The notes beneath the pieces were generated by a model that saw nothing but the letters and a program-made list of their open reading frames with translations, made no database searches and had not been told where the DNA came from. A stretch of 32,000 bases of DNA from Microcystis aeruginosa NIES-843. GTDB taxonomy: Bacteria > Cyanobacteriota > Cyanobacteriia > Cyanobacteriales > Microcystaceae. Of the stretch, positions 26,539 to 32,000 are shown piece by piece (position 1 is the stretch's first letter; each line of letters opens with the position of its first letter). A program made the translations under genes and the position numbers. The stretch is from positions 1,350,001 through 1,382,000 of the forward strand of contig NC_010296.1 in NCBI RefSeq assembly GCF_000010625.1, given 5' to 3'.

Positions 26539-26703
26539 ATGAAAATCTCGTTAACCTTGTTTGTTGTGGTCTCCTTGCTGTTAGGTTTTCTTCCTCACAC
26601 TTTAGCGGTTAATAGTCAAGATAACCATTTTGACCGTTCCTCTTCGCCGCTAATTTTACAAAACCGTGACTGTAAGGGTGATAAGGACGATAATTGCAAT
26701 TAG
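26539..26703 (+). CDS. candidate 54-aa secreted peptide with a C-terminal Cys-x7-Cys loop (below the ORF-track length cut-off)
   Basis: A GGGAG Shine-Dalgarno lies 7 nt before the ATG. Signal peptide MKISLTLFVVVSLLLGFLPHTLA|VN. Mature part ...RDCKGDKDDNCN. A hairpin terminator follows. Confidence 0.4.
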   Translation: MKISLTLFVVVSLLLGFLPHTLAVNSQDNHFDRSSSPLILQNRDCKGDKDDNCN

Positions 26704-26744
26704 TCCTGATTATCTCGGTTAAGGTTGTTAGTCTATATCCCCCA

Positions 26745-26786
26745 CCGATGAAAAAATCGTGGTCGGGATTTTTTTTATCCCATCGG
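26745..26786. terminator. nested hairpin / bidirectional terminator between the small-peptide gene and prx
   Basis: Outer stem ccgatg/catcgg, inner stem gggat/atccc around a T8 run. Confidence 0.4.
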
Positions 26787-26835
26787 CTGCAGATAGCTTT
26801 TATCAAGATAATTTCTAGATTCAAGACCAATCATC

Positions 26836-27378
26836 TCAAGAACTCGCCTGTAATTCCTCTAAACGTGCTAAAACTTCGGCACTGTGAATGGCAGGATTTA
26901 CCCCTAAATAAATCTCTTTTAAAATCCCTTGCGGATCGATAAGATAGGTATGACGCAGGGAAACATAACCCATCCAAGAACCATAAGCTTTACTAACATC
27001 TCCGGTAGTATCTGCCAGTAAGGGAAATTTTAAACCCTCCGAGTCACAAAATTCCGCATGAGAATCGACATCATCGGCACTTACCCCTAAAACTTGCGTA
27101 TTTTTAGCCATATATTTCGGCAAATCCTGCTGAAAACGCCGCGCTTCTAGGGTACAGCCGGGGGTAAAATCCTTGGGATAAAAATACAAAACCACCCATT
27201 TACCCCGATAGTCCGATAGGGAAATATTTCCTTCTCCCGTGTTAGTCGGTAGGGTAAAATCGGGTGCCAGTTGATTTAAAGGGGGTTGGGGGCCACCTAA
27301 AGCGTTAGCATCGGGAATAAAGGCAAAAAATGCCAGAATTACTGCAATTAAAAAACTCAACAGTTGACGACGAGACAT
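26836..27378 (-). CDS. peroxiredoxin, PrxQ/BCP type, with an N-terminal signal or anchor
   Basis: FYPKDFTPGCTLEARRF peroxidatic-Cys motif. N-terminus MSRRQLLSFLIAVILAFFAFIPDANA. Confidence 0.85.
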   Translation of the reverse strand: MSRRQLLSFLIAVILAFFAFIPDANALGGPQPPLNQLAPDFTLPTNTGEGNISLSDYRGKWVVLYFYPKDFTPGCTLEARRFQQDLPKYMAKNTQVLGVSADDVDSHAEFCDSEGLKFPLLADTTGDVSKAYGSWMGYVSLRHTYLIDPQGILKEIYLGVNPAIHSAEVLARLEELQASS

Positions 27379-27419
27379 AATCAGTTATTAGTTATCAGTT
27401 ATCAGTTATCAGTTATCAG
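27379..27419. repeat. heptanucleotide tandem array (TATCAGT family, 5 units plus a partial) abutting the prx start codon
   Basis: aatcagttattagttatcagttatcagttatcagttatcag begins at the base next to the prx ATG (27376-27378, minus strand). Confidence 0.9.
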
Positions 27420-27630
27420 CTTTTGGTAGTTTTTTTCCATGTAGTGAAATGCGAAAGGGAATTTTGCATCCACAATTGGTGTAAAACCTTTGCAAAGTAA
27501 GGCTTTCCTAGTTCACAGGGGACGGGAAGCGAAAAGATAAAATCCTGAAAATCCAGCATCCTGTGCGCTTATTTTACAGCTTTTACCGCCTTATTGCCAC
27601 TGACTTTGATACACCACTAAGCACGACCCT

Positions 27631-28443
27631 TTACAGATATAGCCAAGGCATAGTTTGACGAGTCAAGACACGAATTGCGTATTTCAACTGTTCGGAACGA
27701 CTATTATAGTCTTTTCCTTCAAAATGTCCCGCAATACCAGAAAATTTCGGTTCAACCGGAAACCTTTTACAAACATTAGCCGATTGTGATGCTAAATTAA
27801 TAGCTTGATAATATCGATGTTCACTGTAAAAACAACCCTGCTGATGATTTTTGTGCATCGGATGCAGGTATCTTTCATAGAAGTATTTGCTAAAGACAAG
27901 GAAACGAGTATCTGCATAAGAAGGATTATTTTGTTTGTTCCGTAATTGTTGCAAAATTGGCCACTTAAAATCACACAAACATTCAAATTGATGTTTAATC
28001 GCCTCTAAAATATCGGTCATATTAAGCAGATAAATTCTCCCAGTTATCTTGGCAATATAAGAAGAATCTTTTATTAGTGCTGATTTTAAAATTCCCTGCT
28101 CTATTAATAAGGTTTCGCCGTAACCTTTGCCAAAATCACGAGGAAAATCATTGGCATCTAGTGAAATAAACTCAATTTGTTTGTTATGGGGATTTTCTTG
28201 AGTCGTTTCTTGCAGTCGATCAAGAGGCCAACCAGAATTTTCCACAAATAGTATTTTTTTGATACGAGGATGAAAATTAATATAATACTTCAGGGAATTA
28301 TAGTAATCTTCCTGTCTTTGTTCAGGAACAGTTGGATAGGCATTCGGCATACCTTTAATATTAATTGTTGCTGTTAAAAGTAAGACTAATTCCTGCTCTA
28401 TATTTAACCAACCAGCTTGAGAATTTGTTCGTAATCCATTCAT
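27631..28443 (-). CDS. hypothetical protein (270 aa), AT-rich orphan; a nucleotide-sugar-transferase-like fold is possible but unverified
   Basis: Long intact ORF, visibly more AT-rich than its neighbours. Motifs LLLTATINIKG, ILFVENSGW and GKGYGE..KITGR. I could not place it in a family. Confidence 0.5.
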   Translation of the reverse strand: MNGLRTNSQAGWLNIEQELVLLLTATINIKGMPNAYPTVPEQRQEDYYNSLKYYINFHPRIKKILFVENSGWPLDRLQETTQENPHNKQIEFISLDANDFPRDFGKGYGETLLIEQGILKSALIKDSSYIAKITGRIYLLNMTDILEAIKHQFECLCDFKWPILQQLRNKQNNPSYADTRFLVFSKYFYERYLHPMHKNHQQGCFYSEHRYYQAINLASQSANVCKRFPVEPKFSGIAGHFEGKDYNSRSEQLKYAIRVLTRQTMPWLYL

Positions 28444-28599
28444 AACTTATTATCCCAATTAGTGAGTAACATTGACTAATTTTTTCAAAATCTTCTCTCC
28501 TTCTATAAAAAAAGAAGATTAAGTAATCGACTAGGGTTTTGTTTCCTCCAAACTTGTGAGGGAAATTCTAACACAAGCCTTGATTCCTTGCCAGTCACG

Positions 28600-28860
28600 C
28601 TCTGATCAATGTCCAATCACAGCTAAATTTGCAGATGGTGGCAAAGTTACGATAAAACAACGAAATATCGCAGCGACCCGTAACCCGGCCCAGACCCAAT
28701 CCTGAAGCGCATAATCAGTGATTCCTAGCACTTTTGACTGAGTTGTGATCAGTCCAACTATTACATCAGTCTGTTGACATCCTCACCGCCGTGAACGGAC
28801 GGTGATTCCCAAACCTCACGATTTAGGTTTCTGTTTCTTTCCCTTGCGGGGTTCCGCACC
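28600..28860 (-). ncRNA. putative TnpB omega-RNA (reRNA) scaffold; the 3' end is undefined
   Basis: By analogy with characterised TnpB loci, the guide RNA spans the tnpB 3' end and the IS right end. A conserved-looking hairpin, caccg(t)ccg-ttca-cggcggtg, followed by aggatgtcaac lies at 28784-28804, 12 nt after the stop. Confidence 0.4.
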
Positions 28861-30003
28861 TGCCTTAACAGATTTACTCTGTTCTGGTCTTATAGTCGCG
28901 ACCCGGACTGACACCGCAAGCCCTGCGGCCAAAATATTTTTACTGGCGTTAATATCTCGGTCATGGTGAGTCCCACAGTCTGGACAGTCCCATTCTCGAA
29001 CATTTAACGGCATTTTCTCAGCAATATGCCCACAATTACTACACCTTTTAGAGCTAGGAAACCATCTATCTATTTCGATGTAATTTCTCCCATACCAACG
29101 GCATTTATAGGCTAATTGTCGAGTGATTTCTCCCCAGCTTACATCAGATATTGCCTGAGATAACTTGGGTTTTTTGACCATATTCTTGACGGCTAAATTC
29201 TCAACCACAATCGTTTGGTTTTCACGAACTAATTGAGTGGTTAGCTTATGTAAATGGTCTTTTCTGCTATCGGTGATTTGAGCGTGAATCTTGGCTACTT
29301 TGATTCTTGCTTTTTCCCGATTTTTTGACCCTTTCTGTTTTCTAGAAAGGCTTTTTTGGGCCTTTCGCAGTCTCCGATAATGCTTTTTAAAATGCTTGGG
29401 ATTAGACACTTTATCGCCATCGCTGGTAATCACGAGGCTACTAATTCCTAAGTCAATTCCGATGGCTTTATCTGTTACTGGTAATGGCTTAATCGTTGGG
29501 TCATCAAATCTAATTGAAATATGCCAACGTCCTGAGGGATGTAATCTGACTGTTACTGTGCTTGGTTCACATCCGTCTGGTATTTTTCTTGACCATCGAA
29601 TAGGTAAAGGTTCTGTGCATTTAGCTAAATAGATTTGTCTGTCTTTAAATTTAAAAGCAGACTTGGTAAATTCGGCACTTCCTCCCTGATGTTTTTTCTT
29701 AAAGTTAGGATACTTAGTACGACCAGCAAAGAAGTTAGTAAAAGCTGTTTGTAGGTGTCTTAACCCTTGTTGTAAAGGTACACAGCTTACTTCGTTTAAA
29801 AAGTTTAATTCTTCTTGTTTTTTCCAATCGGTCAACATTGAAGAAGTTTGAGCGTAGCCTACTCTTTCTTGCTTTTCGTACCAAGCTTGTGTTCTGAGAT
29901 GGAGAGCTTTATTGTAAACTAATCTTACACAGCCCAAAGTGCGCCGCAATAGCGACTCTTGTTCGGGTGTGGGGTAAAATCGGAACGAGTAGGCTTTTTC
30001 CAT
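28816..30003 (-). CDS. tnpB: IS200/IS605-family TnpB (OrfB) RNA-guided endonuclease, IS1341-type; no tnpA
   Basis: MEKAYSFRFYPTPEQESLLRRTLGCVRLVYNKAL N-terminus. RuvC triad context IGIDLG / VVENL / HDRDINASKNI. Zinc finger CSNCGH...CPDCG. Confidence 0.9.
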   Translation of the reverse strand: MEKAYSFRFYPTPEQESLLRRTLGCVRLVYNKALHLRTQAWYEKQERVGYAQTSSMLTDWKKQEELNFLNEVSCVPLQQGLRHLQTAFTNFFAGRTKYPNFKKKHQGGSAEFTKSAFKFKDRQIYLAKCTEPLPIRWSRKIPDGCEPSTVTVRLHPSGRWHISIRFDDPTIKPLPVTDKAIGIDLGISSLVITSDGDKVSNPKHFKKHYRRLRKAQKSLSRKQKGSKNREKARIKVAKIHAQITDSRKDHLHKLTTQLVRENQTIVVENLAVKNMVKKPKLSQAISDVSWGEITRQLAYKCRWYGRNYIEIDRWFPSSKRCSNCGHIAEKMPLNVREWDCPDCGTHHDRDINASKNILAAGLAVSVRVATIRPEQSKSVKAGAEPRKGKKQKPKS

Positions 30004-30182
30004 GTCTCACATTTTAGCATATATTTCGTAAACGATGCTCATATTTAACAGTAAAGCCGTCGTAGAACGACGGGGTTTCAGACCCAAATTTTCGATGACA
30101 AAACCACAGCCGGACGGCGCTTAATTCCTGTCACACCGGGAAAATCAACTGTCACCACATCTCCAGTGGAAAACGTCACCAA

Positions 30183-30404
30183 TCAACCCCCCTCCACATC
30201 AGAGAAAGTTTTGGCCGCATAGTTTAGGGAAAAATTGACAAGATCGATCTGATCCTCCTCAGTCCAGGTATCACTTTGATCGAGCGATGGTTGTTGTTGT
30301 TGTCCGACAAGTTCATTGAGAATGATTGTGGCCAATCGCAAACGTTCCCCGGATGATAAGTGACAAACCACTTGATTATAAACTTCTTGGGCAGTAGTGG
30401 GCAT
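30183..30404 (-). CDS. small hypothetical protein (73 aa from the ATG; 92 aa from the upstream TTG)
   Basis: MPTTAQEVYNQVVCHLSSGERLRLATIILNEL... resembles small cyanobacterial antitoxin-like or addiction-module-component proteins. The assignment is weak. Confidence 0.4.
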   Translation of the reverse strand: MPTTAQEVYNQVVCHLSSGERLRLATIILNELVGQQQQPSLDQSDTWTEEDQIDLVNFSLNYAAKTFSDVEGG

Positions 30405-30520
30405 AACAAAAAACTGATGACTGAATGCTTCTAGCTTAATATTCTTTACATAACTTGACAAGGAAAGGGCGAGGTAAAGAGGGAAAATAGATCGAGCTTG
30501 TCTTCATCTGCCTAACGATC

Positions 30521-31861
30521 ATGTCTATTGTCACCCTTAACCCCCTTCAATCCCATCAAGATTTAGTCATCGATCCGGGTAAAATCACGGGATTACGGGG
30601 AAAAATCACCATCCCAGGCGATAAATCTATATCCCATCGCTCCCTGATGTTAGGAGCGATCGCCGAAGGAGAAACCGTTATTCATGGGTTATTATTGGGC
30701 GAAGATCCCCGCAGTACCGCTAGTTGTTTTCGTGCCATGGGTGTGGAAATTTCCCAACTCAACAGCGAGAAAGTGATCGTTAAAGGTAGGGGTTTAGGCA
30801 ATCTTGAGGAACCCTTAGAAATCCTCGACGCGGGCAATTCCGGCACGACGATCCGCTTAATGTTAGGATTATTGGCTGGTCATCAAGACCGTTTTTTTGT
30901 CGTTACCGGTGATGCTTCCCTGCGATCGCGTCCCATGTCCAGGGTGGTGAAACCCCTCAAAGAAATGGGGGCGCAAATTTGGGGCAGAAAAGCCAATTCT
31001 TTGGCTCCTTTAGCCGTTTCTGGGGAATCTCTGCAACCGATCCACTACTATTCTCCCGTCGCTTCTGCACAGGTGAAATCCTGTCTTCTCCTCGCAGGAC
31101 TGTTAACGGAGGGGAAAACCACGATCACGGAACCCGCTTTATCTCGCGATCACAGTGAACGGATGCTGCGCGCTTTTGGGGCAAATATTGAGGTGGATGG
31201 GGAGACTAATAGCGTCACGGTGACGGGTTATCCCACTTTAACTGGACAAACGGTGATTGTACCCGGGGATATCAGTTCGGCGGCCTTTTGGTTGGTAGCG
31301 GGAGCAATTGTGCCTAATTCCGAGTTATTAATCGAAAATGTGGGAATAAACCCGACTAGAACCGGAGTTTTACAGGTTTTACAGGCAATGGGAGCAGATA
31401 TCACCCTCGAAAATCAACGGGTGGTGACGGGGGAACCGGTGGCGGATCTGCGGGTGAAATCCAGTCCACTACAGGCAACCACGATCGCTGGTGAGATTAT
31501 ACCCCGTCTGATCGATGAAATTCCGATTTTGGCAGTAGCGGCGGTTTTTGCCCAAGGAACGACAATTATCAAGGATGCCGAGGAACTACGGGTGAAGGAA
31601 AGCGATCGCCTGACGGTGATGGCCACCCAACTTGATCGCCTAGGGGCAAAAGTAAGGGAATTACCCGATGGTTTAGAGATTACCGGCGGTACAGGCCTAT
31701 TCGGCACGGAAGTGGACAGTTTTACCGATCATCGCATTGCCATGAGTCTAGCGATCGCTGCCCTCAATTCCCGTCAACCCACCACTATCCATCGCGCTGA
31801 AGCGGCTGGCATTTCCTACCCCGATTTCTTTAGCACCTTACAGCAAATTTGTCAAGAGTGA
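30521..31861 (+). CDS. aroA: 3-phosphoshikimate 1-carboxyvinyltransferase (EPSP synthase)
   Basis: 446 aa. [28 protein letters not shown] and [13 protein letters not shown] motifs. Confidence 0.95.
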   Translation: MSIVTLNPLQSHQDLVIDPGKITGLRGKITIPGDKSISHRSLMLGAIAEGETVIHGLLLGEDPRSTASCFRAMGVEISQLNSEKVIVKGRGLGNLEEPLEILDAGNSGTTIRLMLGLLAGHQDRFFVVTGDASLRSRPMSRVVKPLKEMGAQIWGRKANSLAPLAVSGESLQPIHYYSPVASAQVKSCLLLAGLLTEGKTTITEPALSRDHSERMLRAFGANIEVDGETNSVTVTGYPTLTGQTVIVPGDISSAAFWLVAGAIVPNSELLIENVGINPTRTGVLQVLQAMGADITLENQRVVTGEPVADLRVKSSPLQATTIAGEIIPRLIDEIPILAVAAVFAQGTTIIKDAEELRVKESDRLTVMATQLDRLGAKVRELPDGLEITGGTGLFGTEVDSFTDHRIAMSLAIAALNSRQPTTIHRAEAAGISYPDFFSTLQQICQE

Positions 31862-32000
31862 AAATATTAAGTTTTTCTGCGAACGGGCGAAGGGTAACTG
31901 GTACAATTGCAGGATAAATCACAGAGTAGTGGGCCACCTGTGTGATAATCAAGTTCATCGATCGAGGTAGCGAAAAATAGAAGCGTCCCTAATTCAAATT

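Larger units (their letters stand above)
28600..30100 (-). mobile_element. solo-TnpB IS element (IS200/IS605 family); ends approximate
   Basis: tnpB plus a left-end subterminal hairpin, ccgtcgt-aga-acgacgg (30057-30073), and the right-end hairpin at 28784-28804. No Y1 transposase in the window. Confidence 0.5.

Noticed and set aside
26609-26942. Track ORFs 26609-26830 (-) and 26694-26942 (+).
   Set aside because: They overlap the better-supported small signal-peptide ORF, the terminator hairpin and the 3' end of prx. They have no start context or motifs.
27488-27497. Perfect 10-bp palindrome ctttgcaaag about 110 bp upstream of prx, as a regulator box.
   Set aside because: It is short and matches no operator consensus I can name (not NtcA GTA-N8-TAC, not Fur/PerR-like). 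Chance occurrence in an AT-rich spacer is plausible.

Overview
The window looks like chromosomal DNA from a unicellular bloom-type cyanobacterium, most likely Microcystis or a close relative. Support: many HIP1 GCGATCGC palindromes, STRR-like heptanucleotide arrays, TA-flanked MITEs, and the gene content. All calls come from reading the sequence and ORF translations by eye; no searches were run.

Bases 1-17000 are mostly core genes:
- the 3' end of a radical SAM/SPASM maturase
- a complete inducible high-affinity CO2-uptake module, ccmR/ndhR-ndhF3-(beta-carbonic anhydrase)-ndhD3-cupA/chpY, bracketed by two divergent Uma2-family nucleases
- a membrane protein translationally coupled to a TPR-FkbM methyltransferase
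- the rne-rnhB operon behind a roughly 0.6-0.7 kb leader
- gnd

Bases 17000-32000 are more accessory:
- an MBL-fold hydrolase and an orphan SPPY DNA methyltransferase
- two GT4 glycosyltransferases separated by a 3 x 37-bp hairpin repeat
- a stand-alone WD40 propeller with an ISAs1-family IS abutting its stop codon
- a convergent AAA-like (STAND-type) NTPase with an N-terminal adaptor domain
- an unannotated 54-aa secreted Cys-loop peptide
- a signal-bearing PrxQ/BCP peroxiredoxin
- an AT-rich 270-aa orphan gene directly downstream of a solo TnpB (IS200/IS605, IS1341-type) with a putative omega-RNA
- aroA

Most interesting:
- a Tat-signal beta-carbonic anhydrase embedded inside the ndhF3/ndhD3/cupA operon
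- a MITE inserted exactly on the ndhD3 stop codon
- the WD40 / IS / AAA-like NTPase / small secreted peptide neighbourhood, a possible split conflict or signalling system
- the TnpB-omega-RNA-orphan gene unit
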